A stretch of DNA of 64,000 bases from a virus. Made by a program: the position numbers and the translations under genes. The stretch spans positions 1 to 64,000 of IMG/VR virus record IMGVR_UViG_3300044961_000421, one strand, 5' to 3'. Every line of letters starts with the position of its first letter. Positions within the stretch are counted from its first letter, which is position 1. This document shows positions 1 through 7,652 of the stretch, in pieces. The notes under the pieces were generated by a model. It saw only the letters and a list, made by a program, of their open reading frames with translations, searched no databases and was not told where the DNA came from.

Positions 1-55
1 GTTCGTTCGGAACAGGCGTCAATTCATCGTTTTCTGGAAATTTATAAATGTTCAT
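1..55 (-). CDS. 5' end of a small early gene (MNIYKFPENDELTPVPNE...), truncated by the window edge
   Basis: ATG at 55, 6 nt downstream of TTGACA(90-85)-17-TATGAT(67-62), the same layout as the neighbouring cassettes. Confidence 0.6.
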   Translation of the reverse strand, partial: MNIYKFPENDELTPVPNE

Positions 56-108
56 AGCATTATCATAATGGATACTTAGTTAGTTGTCAAGTGTTTTTAA
101 AACATATT

Positions 109-147
109 TTTTGGAACCTCATGGATGACATCCATGAGGTTCCAAAA
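109..147. terminator. Perfect 19-bp-arm inverted repeat (terminator or cruciform)
   Basis: ttttggaacctcatggatg-a-catccatgaggttccaaaa, downstream of ORF 186..509. Confidence 0.65.
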
Positions 148-185
148 CATCTTCAGAACACTTGCATCCAACAATCGTAATCATT

Positions 186-509
186 CTATTTCGTCAAGTC
201 ATGGACGAATGACAGAGTAACGATTTCCCCGTCGATTTCGAATTTCTTCCCCTCCCAAATCCACGAGTACATCCAAAAGCGGAAGCCCTGATTAATGAGC
301 GGCTTCAAATCGCGGGCGCAAGGCTTGCCTTTCTTGAAGATTTTCACAACGGTTTTGGTTTCCTTGTTGATGGCGTAGGTGATTGAAAACCCAGCCGTTT
401 TTGAAGACTGCTTGAGGAATGCGGATGCAATTTTGGCATCATCGGTTTCAAAAACCTTTGCTTTCGCATCACACAATCCTTCGGTTGTTCGAATCATCAT
501 CTTTATCAT
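186..509 (-). CDS. Hypothetical early protein, leaderless
   Basis: 107-aa ORF; TTGACA(544-539)-17-GACACT-6 nt-ATG. Confidence 0.75.
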   Translation of the reverse strand: MIKMMIRTTEGLCDAKAKVFETDDAKIASAFLKQSSKTAGFSITYAINKETKTVVKIFKKGKPCARDLKPLINQGFRFWMYSWIWEGKKFEIDGEIVTLSFVHDLTK

Positions 510-592
510 AATTTAAGTGTCTCACGAGTTTGGCTGTTTGTCAAGTGTTTTGGAAGATTAAATTTCCTTAATGGAGTGGTAGCAGATTTCAA

Positions 593-781
593 TTAGTAGT
601 TCTGATTATACTGCTCCTCGCTCACCGCATCCGAATAACCTTCGAGCCATTCGAATTCATACTCAGTACCCTTATAAGGGTTGTTAGAAGGATTTGCTCC
701 ACACAGACCGGCGAGTTCGCCTTCCCTGTAGGGATCTAACTTCTTGTTTACATCATTTTCGGTTTTGTTCATCGTTTCCAT
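593..781 (-). CDS. Rmf/CrpP-fold small protein (ribosome modulation factor-like)
   Basis: YREGELAGLCG...NPY...EWLEGY matches the Rmf pattern Y-x-x-G-x-x-AG-x-x-G...PY...W-x-x-G; leaderless promoter TTGACA(816-811)-17-AATAAT-6-ATG781. Confidence 0.6.
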   Translation of the reverse strand: METMNKTENDVNKKLDPYREGELAGLCGANPSNNPYKGTEYEFEWLEGYSDAVSEEQYNQNY

Positions 782-819
782 CACTTTATTATTTCACACT
801 CTTTTCTGTTTGTCAAGTT

Positions 820-1137
820 TTATGCAAAATTTAGTTTAGGGCGCATCTTAAAAATGAGTTCCCGTTCAATACTGTGAGCTTCCAGCTTTCCGCAAACAGT
901 AAGAACATGATAACAGAAGATTGGGAGGTTTTCTGAAAGCGCCCGCTTCAAAGCGACATAAAGCGGCCACGGCTTTTCTTCACATACAGCACGCGAGAGG
1001 TGTTTCCCGAAACGATAGCGAAGGCTTTTTTCTTCTGTCGTTTGAGTCTTGGCTGTGATGCCAATATACATCTCTCCGTCAACATGAATCATATAAACTA
1101 AGTGATTCCTGTCAGACCGCTTTTTTCTTGCTGTCAT
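820..1137 (-). CDS. Small GIY-YIG-family nuclease-like protein
   Basis: LVYMI...MYIGIT, R..H, C-terminal E..LI....PKLN; start reassigned to ATG1137 by the leaderless promoter TTGACA-17-TATTCT-6-ATG. Confidence 0.7.
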   Translation of the reverse strand: MTARKKRSDRNHLVYMIHVDGEMYIGITAKTQTTEEKSLRYRFGKHLSRAVCEEKPWPLYVALKRALSENLPIFCYHVLTVCGKLEAHSIERELIFKMRPKLNFA

Positions 1138-1176
1138 GTTTAAAGAATAGCACAACCAAATCTGTTTGTCAAGAGT

Positions 1177-1213
1177 AGAAGAACCTCTTAAATTCTCTCT
1201 AAGAGGTTCTTCT
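1177..1213. terminator. Intrinsic terminator-like hairpin next to a promoter
   Basis: agaagaacctctta...taagaggttcttct. Confidence 0.6.
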
Positions 1214-1218
1214 TAGTA

Positions 1219-1446
1219 CTAGTACTTCCTCGATTTGTAGCCATAATTGAACAGATAAGATTGAATCAAATCCCACTTGTCTAGCCGTCCTCCAAGAATC
1301 CTCTTCTCCTTGTTATTGTCAAAAAACATATCAATCAAGTGTTCCGACGGCACATCAAAGATGGTTGCCAGTTCGGAATCGAGGATTTTCAGTTCCTTCT
1401 CATACTTCTTGGAAAATGCTTCAGGATCAAAGTGTTTGTTTCTCAT
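1219..1446 (-). CDS. Hypothetical early protein, leaderless
   Basis: ATG1446 is 6 nt after TTGACA-17-TATTTT. Confidence 0.7.
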   Translation of the reverse strand: MRNKHFDPEAFSKKYEKELKILDSELATIFDVPSEHLIDMFFDNNKEKRILGGRLDKWDLIQSYLFNYGYKSRKY

Positions 1447-1484
1447 AATCTTAAAATAAAACAAGTCTTCCGTTTTGTCAATTA

Positions 1485-1521
1485 AAAAAGAGGAGTTAAG
1501 ATGTTCTTAACTCCTCTTTTT
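1485..1521. terminator. Bidirectional intrinsic terminator
   Basis: aaaaagaggagttaaga-tgt-tcttaactcctcttttt. Confidence 0.75.
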
Positions 1522-1589
1522 ACTTTATCTTACGCTTTACTTTATCTTACGCTTTACTTTATCTTACACTTTACTTTATCTTACACTTT
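1519..1589. repeat. Tandem 17-nt repeat, about 4 copies (tttactttatcttacRc)
   Basis: Read directly; the last unit contains the stop codon of ORF 1581..1910. Confidence 0.85.
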
Positions 1590-1910
1590 GTTTACCCGGG
1601 CCCGTGTTTTGGGACCGTAGTCATCCATGCCGGACACGCCGTAATCATCGGCAAAAATGTTTCCGCGAGTCAACGTAGCAGGCTGGCCCCATGTGGCTGC
1701 TTTAAAAATATCTCCGGTTTCTTTTTCGATAAAAGCACGGACAGAACGGCTGTAATCAGAAACAATGATCTTCCAATATTTACGCCCCTCCTCAATTCTC
1801 GCAGTTTTCCTTGCCGTATTACCTGTTTTAAATGCATAGTCATCTAACATGGTACACCAGGCATTCAAAAATCCATTCAAACGTTCTTTGGTGTTTTTCG
1901 TTTCGTTCAT
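1581..1910 (-). CDS. Conserved myovirus early protein (GRKYxKI...V.AFI.K.TGDI.KAA.W..PA family)
   Basis: Motif typical of T4-like/cyanophage hypothetical proteins; TTGACA(1945-1940)-17-CATAAT-6-ATG. Confidence 0.8.
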   Translation of the reverse strand: MNETKNTKERLNGFLNAWCTMLDDYAFKTGNTARKTARIEEGRKYWKIIVSDYSRSVRAFIEKETGDIFKAATWGQPATLTRGNIFADDYGVSGMDDYGPKTRARVNKV

Positions 1911-2029
1911 GTTTCCATTATGTCATCATTCTTTTTGTTTGTCAAGTCTCTTGGAGATTAAATTTTCTTCATGTTATGAAGGATGTATCTACATAAGCGT
2001 GACTTTATTACCATCGGGGCAGGTGATGA

Positions 2030-2239
2030 TCATTCATCTACCACCCGGCGGCGGATAATACGGGCATCGAAAAAACGAGATCCTACACCGCTAAAACCAT
2101 ACATACGGTATTCGCGGAAATAATCATTCCTGAGTTCAACAGCTTCTTTCGTTGACTCACATTCACACTCATCCTCCCAACCATTTCCATAGTTGGTTTG
2201 GAGAATAATCTCAATATGAGTCTTGCGAATTTTCTTCAT
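2030..2239 (-). CDS. Hypothetical early protein (Q.NYG.GWEDE family), leaderless
   Basis: TTTACA(2274-2269)-17-GATACA-6-ATG. Confidence 0.75.
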   Translation of the reverse strand: MKKIRKTHIEIILQTNYGNGWEDECECESTKEAVELRNDYFREYRMYGFSGVGSRFFDARIIRRRVVDE

Positions 2240-2348
2240 GGTTCATGTATCTCATACTCTTCCTGTTTTGTAAAGACTATCTTAAGATAGGTAAAAATGA
2301 CTTGAAAACTGATTTTTTCTATGCTATTCTGGATCTTCAATAGAAATA

Positions 2349-2400
2349 GGGGATCACGACTAGCGAATAGTTGGTGAGTGTAATCCGAGGCTACCCGATA
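2349..2400 (+). ncRNA. Putative structured ncRNA or origin primer RNA, copy 1
   Basis: GGGATCAC-[hairpin]-GTGAGTGTAATCCGAGGCTACCC, downstream of TTGAAA-17-TATTCT and followed by an AT tract and a terminator; second copy at about 3669. Confidence 0.5.
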
Positions 2401-2440
2401 ATATTATCGTATATAATATACTATCACTCGTTCGTGCCAA

Positions 2441-2473
2441 AAAAAGATGGGAGCTTTTTGGCTCCCATCTTTT
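2441..2473. terminator. Bidirectional terminator
   Basis: aaaaagatgggagc-ttttt-ggctcccatctttt, between the + strand element and ORF 2486..3025. Confidence 0.75.
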
Positions 2474-2485
2474 CGTTGGGTTTTA

Positions 2486-3025
2486 CTACACAACAGCAAC
2501 AGCCTCGGAGGGCTGTTTGCTCACAAATGCACCCGCGGCACGCGCTGCGCGCCGCGCCTTGGCGCGGGCGCGTTCGGCAGCGTAGTCACGGACACGCTTC
2601 GATTTAACAACAGCTTCAACAGCAGGCTCAACTTCAACAGCAGGCTCAGCTTCAACAGCAGGCTCAGCTTCAACAGCAGGCTCAGCTTCCGCGGCGGTTT
2701 CCACAGCAGGCTCGGCTTCAATCGTATTCTTCGGTTTCACGAAAACAGGCACGTCAAGCCCCTCACGGATCAAAACACGCTTACAGCGAGGCTCGGTTGT
2801 GGTTTCCCCTTCCCCTACAAGACGGTATTCCTTATTCTGAGGAAGGCGCCATTCGCCGCGGGCCACCTTAAATACGAGGTCATCAGTAATCCAATACGGC
2901 CATGCGGAAATGACACCTTCCGAAATTGCAGCGGAAATCTGGGCTCGGGTAATCGTTTGACTACCCGGAAAACGATTCTTGAGGGCAGTCAGAGTATCAA
3001 TACGCTTCTGAGTCAGAAGTAACAT
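2486..3025 (-). CDS. Hypothetical protein with (AEPAVE)n repeats and a basic C-terminal segment
   Basis: SD-like AGAGG before ATG3025; 18-nt tandem repeats encode AEPAVE. Confidence 0.7.
   Translation of the reverse strand: MLLLTQKRIDTLTALKNRFPGSQTITRAQISAAISEGVISAWPYWITDDLVFKVARGEWRLPQNKEYRLVGEGETTTEPRCKRVLIREGLDVPVFVKPKNTIEAEPAVETAAEAEPAVEAEPAVEAEPAVEVEPAVEAVVKSKRVRDYAAERARAKARRAARAAGAFVSKQPSEAVAVV
2614..2721. repeat. 18-nt coding tandem repeat (ttcaacagcaggctcagc), about 5-6 copies
   Basis: Read directly; in frame within ORF 2486..3025. Confidence 0.85.
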
Positions 3026-3072
3026 AAGCAAACCTCTTTCTTTTTTGAGTTTTTCTCACTGACAATATCATC

Positions 3073-3556
3073 CTAACATGGCTTGGAATGCTTGTCAAGC
3101 ATTCCAAGGAATTTTTTAAGAGTTCCAAAATTTTGCAAACTAGCACGTTCCATGCGCGTCCTGGCAGCACGGCTTGAACGGCGTTCCCGGATCATGTTCG
3201 TATTTTCCAACTCGTTCATATACAATTCAATATACTTTTGGAGACGATTCCAATTCTTCTCGGAAAAATATACATTGATAGTTTGAATGACGTGCGGACC
3301 GTTGCCAACAATGTACATTTTTTGTCAGAGATCCCAAGCCCGTAAGCACGTCCTTGATTGTTGATTAGAAGAGTAGCCAAAAACCACTGAGTTCCGGAAT
3401 CACCTCCGGCGCCGCCGTGCGCGCAGTCTTTACTAAATGGAATGTCAGATAGTGCGGAAGCCATTCGGGACGCGATTCACAGGGAATCCGATTATTGTAT
3501 TCCATCTTCAAATCGGATTCAACGATATTTGGCGGCAATCCTTGTTCCTTCTTCAT
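3073..3556 (-). pseudogene. Probable single early gene split by two 1-nt homopolymer deletions (or two separate small ORFs)
   Basis: Leaderless ATG3556; the frames join as ...PELSG/FLATLLINNQGRAYGLGISDKK/MYIVGNGPHV at a T5 run and an A6 run. Confidence 0.45.
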
Positions 3557-3668
3557 ACTCTTAGTATCTCTTAAATCGGATTTTTGTCAAGTGTTTTTTT
3601 GGTTATCTAAAGATAGGATTGCTTTTTTTGGAAATCCATGTTAGTATTGGATAAAACACGAAAAAAAT

Positions 3669-3720
3669 GGGATCACGGCGCCCGAGTCCGCTAGTGAGTG
3701 TAATCCGAGGCTGCCCAATA
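3669..3720 (+). ncRNA. Putative structured ncRNA or origin primer RNA, copy 2
   Basis: GGGATCAC-[different hairpin]-GTGAGTGTAATCCGAGGCTGCCC, downstream of TTGCTT-17-TAGTAT and followed by an AT tract. Confidence 0.5.
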
Positions 3721-3854
3721 ATAATATTATATATGATAGAGGATCCAAAAATGTAAATTTTCCGAGGCTCCACTTCCGCCGATCCTCGGCGCCTCTACAC
3801 TAGTGATGAATCAGAAAAACTACTTAGTATTTCCATATTAGTTCCTTAAATCGA

Positions 3855-3891
3855 AGGTACTAAGTAAGGTACTAAGTAAGGTACTAAGTAA
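3855..3891. repeat. Iteron-like 12-nt tandem repeat AGGTACTAAGTA x3
   Basis: Read directly; inverted core tacttagta near 3821. Confidence 0.85.
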
Positions 3892-3939
3892 ACTGTTAAG
3901 TAGTATTAAGGGAATTGCCTTATCCAGGCAATTTATATA

Positions 3940-5436
3940 TCAAGCATCCGGATATGGTGAAACAACCGAATCTTTTACGCACTCATACGCGGTATAATAC
4001 GCATTGTCTTTTTGGGAAATAAAATGGCGCGCCGACACGATCATATAACGACCGGAATAATGTGGATCCAATTTTATTGGCTTTTCCTTTTCGACCGGCT
4101 CAGGACTCGGCACTCTTAATTCGACCATATCACTCACGGTGCAAGACGCAGTTCCGCTCACCGTGACTCGGCACGCGATATTGTTAAATAATGCTGTTCT
4201 CTGGCTCTGGCGCTCCAGCACGCATAACTCGTGACGGTCGCGTGACAGGTCCGTGACAGGTCCGTGACAGGTCCGTGACAGTTTCGGTGACAAATTGAAA
4301 GATAAAATTGGTACAGAATTTTGGACACTTATACGGCTGCGTCTTACAGACATTAATGGTCGCGGTAGTTTTCCGGTTTCAGAAGGAAATTCCGGTCGAT
4401 TTTTCTCTTCCAATTCTTTTGGTAATTCACTTCTTCTATTCTCTTCTAATTCATGCTTCTTATATACAAATCGCTTATTCTCATAATCATATGGTTCTCC
4501 AGGTAACATTCTGAATAAAGAATAAGATGAGTCAATATCGGTTCCACCTAATTTAGTGTATTTACCACTTACTACTGTTGGTTCAGTATGAATAAAGTCT
4601 TTATATCGTTCATTATAGTTAAACTTTTTAATTCTAAATTTCTTTCTGCTTATCGAATGAAGTAATAAAGAAGATCCGTACATTCCTAAAGCTATCGAAT
4701 TGAATATGTCATTACCAGACATAAACTCATAATCTTGAATTGAAAGAATGTCAGTGTTTTCTATGTTCCCATCTTCTGTACGGATATTTGCCGGTTGTAA
4801 TAAAAATACTCTTGATATTGGTTGTATCATAGCCGATTCTAATGTACGGAATGAATATCCATCACGGTTTTCATAACAGAAATATAAGGCACCATTATAT
4901 GATTCAGCTATAGCTCTATTTGCTAAGAAATTCAATGCCGTAAATGCGTCATAATAAGGTATCGTATATGTATAAAGTCCTTTTGTTGGATCTAAGTTTA
5001 TAAATTCAATACCAAGATATTCTTTGGCAATAGATGAGGCAATATCGGATATTCTCAAATTCTTATATGTTTTGGATACCGCATTACTCAATTCATTATT
5101 ATATTCAACAACAGAAACCGCATGAAGAATATAACTAATTGTACGTTCTTTTACTGGACTTACTTTCGTTATCGAAGAAACACGGAACAGCTTCTCATAC
5201 ATCTCATCGTCACTATCATTTTTAAACGAAATTTTTATTAACTCATATCCATACAACGGAAAATTGGAAAATACATTGAGCGAATCAGAAATATACAATT
5301 CTAACGATACTGAATTCTCCAAAATAGATTCAAAGACACTCATTTCTAACACAATTCTTCTTATGTCTTTTCTATCTCCTGAGAGAAGGCTAATTGCGGT
5401 AATTGATTTTAAAGTGAATGAGGTAGTTGTCTTCAT
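3940..5436 (-). CDS. Baseplate hub protein (T4 gp27-like) with an internal insertion
   Basis: SVFESILENSVS..YISDS, YENRDGYSFRTLE, YSGRYMIVSARH pattern; adjacent to gp53 and gp48. Confidence 0.7.
   Translation of the reverse strand: MKTTTSFTLKSITAISLLSGDRKDIRRIVLEMSVFESILENSVSLELYISDSLNVFSNFPLYGYELIKISFKNDSDDEMYEKLFRVSSITKVSPVKERTISYILHAVSVVEYNNELSNAVSKTYKNLRISDIASSIAKEYLGIEFINLDPTKGLYTYTIPYYDAFTALNFLANRAIAESYNGALYFCYENRDGYSFRTLESAMIQPISRVFLLQPANIRTEDGNIENTDILSIQDYEFMSGNDIFNSIALGMYGSSLLLHSISRKKFRIKKFNYNERYKDFIHTEPTVVSGKYTKLGGTDIDSSYSLFRMLPGEPYDYENKRFVYKKHELEENRRSELPKELEEKNRPEFPSETGKLPRPLMSVRRSRISVQNSVPILSFNLSPKLSRTCHGPVTDLSRDRHELCVLERQSQRTALFNNIACRVTVSGTASCTVSDMVELRVPSPEPVEKEKPIKLDPHYSGRYMIVSARHFISQKDNAYYTAYECVKDSVVSPYPDA
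4230..4292. repeat. 11-nt tandem repeat CGTGACAGGTC, 5-6 copies, inside the hub gene
   Basis: Read directly. Confidence 0.9.
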
Positions 5437-5455
5437 TTGATTGATTTTTCTATAG

Positions 5456-6031
5456 TTAACTATTTTTCACAAGATCCGAAAGTTGCTTTTCTATCATCTG
5501 AAGATAGACTTTTTTTGGTACATATATCTCTCTTTTTTTCTCGTTTTCCTCAAATTCATACTCATAATATGTTTTATAGGAAGGAAATTCTAAAATTCTG
5601 GATTTATACTCGGAAAATGCGATTTCCCTATTTGAAAAATAGTAGGAATGTACTCTTTTCGGATTTTCTGTCAATTCGTCTAGTGTCCAATTTCTTTTTT
5701 GAAGATCAAAAATTGAAAGTGGAGCATATTTTTTAATTAAATAAGAATTAAATTCAGAATTATTTTTTGGCCATTGGGAATAAATTGAATAAATATTGTT
5801 CACTAAAAGTAAAATATATACATAACGGGTTGAACCATATAATTGGCTTGATAAAATTTCTGGACTTGTGTCGGCTGGAAGAATATATTTTGTAAAATAA
5901 ACAGAAGAATTCACTGAATCAACAAGAACATTTTTCCGGAATGCGTATCTCGGAGCAAAAATGTTTGTGGCGGAAATTAATTCCTGTGAATAAGGAATTT
6001 TTTCGTTAAAATATTTCTTAAAAAAATCCAT
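5456..6031 (-). CDS. 53: Baseplate wedge subunit gp53
   Basis: PEILSSQLYGS...ILLLVNNI...QWP and YEYEFEENEKKREI motifs. Confidence 0.85.
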   Translation of the reverse strand: MDFFKKYFNEKIPYSQELISATNIFAPRYAFRKNVLVDSVNSSVYFTKYILPADTSPEILSSQLYGSTRYVYILLLVNNIYSIYSQWPKNNSEFNSYLIKKYAPLSIFDLQKRNWTLDELTENPKRVHSYYFSNREIAFSEYKSRILEFPSYKTYYEYEFEENEKKREIYVPKKVYLQMIEKQLSDLVKNS

Positions 6032-6036
6032 TTTTA

Positions 6037-7182
6037 TTAATATTTTCTCCTTACATCGACATAATTATTATCTTTATCATATGCGTCTGTTAAAGTATCA
6101 ATGCGATTTCTTGTCAGCAATTCTACTTCTGTAAATTTAAGAGAAAGCGAAATCGTTGTTGCGCTTGCTCCTCTAGCATTTACGCGGTGTGTTGAATATA
6201 CTCCTGAATCGGAATAATTTACATTCATGTCGGTCAATACACACATTCCAATTTGAGATAAATAACGATTTAATTTCCCTGAGGCATAAAATTCAATCGA
6301 AAATTCATCCGGATATATTAAATATCTTGAAGAAAAATCTTTTGAAACTTCAGGATGCATGTGCCATCTAAATGCTTGAATAATATTATATACATTTTCT
6401 GCTTCTTTTTCATTTCTTGGACGAAAATGAAAATCAAAATTAAAATTCCTAAAATTCATGTGTTGAAATAATTGTTCTTGCCATGGATTTTTTACAACAC
6501 CAAGACCAGCAGAAATGAGAGTTTCTAAATCGTTTCCAACATTTTTGTCAAACCAATCATTCATCATTGATACAGAAGCATCTGCGATTGAACCAAAAAC
6601 TTGTTTCGCAAAATCAGCAAACGAACCTGTCGTGAGCCAATTTTTCACAGCAAGATTATTTGGATTCCAATATGCTGAATATGAGTCTGTATAAAGTGTC
6701 GGCATATGAATCGCTATCGTTTCTTTTATAAGCGTTGTCGCGGATGATGATCTTTCAAGCACTTCAGCAATATCGGTTTTAAGATCATTGGCAGCATTTG
6801 GAAGATATTTTGAAGCAACGTTTCTTCCACCAATTGCTAGATTTGACATAAATGATGATATTTTAGAACCTGATCCAGCAATTTTTTGATATTGTTCTTT
6901 TACATTTTTTAATGATAAAGCACCGTCATTTCTTATATCTGTTTTTTCATGAAATGCTAAGCTTTGTGACGCTAAATCTCTTTTCCAAATATGGAAAACG
7001 ATCATGTGATTTTGTCCCGAAGCAAAGCTGTCTAGATCGAGCGGATACATGAGTCCGCGATAATCAAAGGCATTTAGAAATTTTGTTCCAGAAGAAAAAG
7101 CGTCCCGAATTGTTTTTCCGGTATTTCCTGGTATTTTTCCTAGACCTTTGTCTAAAATATTATTTGAAAAAAAAGCACCCAT
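6037..7182 (-). CDS. 48: Baseplate tail-tube cap gp48
   Basis: NP..EQLF...FRNFNFDFHFRPRNEKEA..V..II..F and C-terminal L.F.E.E.LTR. Confidence 0.85.
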   Translation of the reverse strand: MGAFFSNNILDKGLGKIPGNTGKTIRDAFSSGTKFLNAFDYRGLMYPLDLDSFASGQNHMIVFHIWKRDLASQSLAFHEKTDIRNDGALSLKNVKEQYQKIAGSGSKISSFMSNLAIGGRNVASKYLPNAANDLKTDIAEVLERSSSATTLIKETIAIHMPTLYTDSYSAYWNPNNLAVKNWLTTGSFADFAKQVFGSIADASVSMMNDWFDKNVGNDLETLISAGLGVVKNPWQEQLFQHMNFRNFNFDFHFRPRNEKEAENVYNIIQAFRWHMHPEVSKDFSSRYLIYPDEFSIEFYASGKLNRYLSQIGMCVLTDMNVNYSDSGVYSTHRVNARGASATTISLSLKFTEVELLTRNRIDTLTDAYDKDNNYVDVRRKY

Positions 7183-7187
7183 AAATG

Positions 7188-7195
7188 TATTTATA
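7188..7195 (-). promoter_or_regulatory. T4-type late promoter TATAAATA
   Basis: tatttata on the + strand, just upstream of gp48 in a divergent junction. Confidence 0.65.
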
Positions 7196-7644
7196 TGGCA
7201 TATAAAGGAAAATTTTTCCCTAAAAATATATCAAAATATAAAGGTGATCCGACTACGATTGTTTTCCGTTCGCTTTGGGAACGTAGAGTTATGAAATATC
7301 TCGATGAAAATCCTTCTGTCATTGCGTGGAATTCAGAAGAAGTAGTAATTCCATACATTGGGGAAGATGGAAAGCACCACCGTTATTTTGTTGATTTTTA
7401 TGTAGAATATAAACACAAAGATGGGCACATAGAAAAAATGTTGCTCGAAGTAAAACCAAAAGAACAAACGATGCCACCGAAGCTTCCGAAAAACGGAAAA
7501 AAGACGGGTCGTTACTATCTAAAAGAAAAAACTTACATAAAAAATAGAGCAAAATGGGATGCGGCTGAATCATATTGTCAAGAAAATGGTTGGAAATTTC
7601 AAATCCTCACTGAAGATGATTTAAATATAAGAAAACGTAGATAA
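7195..7644 (+). CDS. 4: Head completion nuclease gp4 (TnsA-like)
   Basis: MAYKGKF.PKN..KYKGDP..I..RSLWE...HRYFVDF...EVKP. Confidence 0.92.
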   Translation: MAYKGKFFPKNISKYKGDPTTIVFRSLWERRVMKYLDENPSVIAWNSEEVVIPYIGEDGKHHRYFVDFYVEYKHKDGHIEKMLLEVKPKEQTMPPKLPKNGKKTGRYYLKEKTYIKNRAKWDAAESYCQENGWKFQILTEDDLNIRKRR

Positions 7645-7652
7645 ATATAATT

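Noticed and set aside
2371-3022. Plus-strand ORFs 2371..2607 and 2447..3022 (FNSRLS repeats)
   Set aside because: Antisense shadows of the AEPAVE-repeat gene; they cross a terminator and have no SD.
1519-4292. Tandem repeats as a CRISPR array
   Set aside because: The units (17, 18, 12 and 11 nt) are head-to-tail with no unique spacers, and there are no cas genes.
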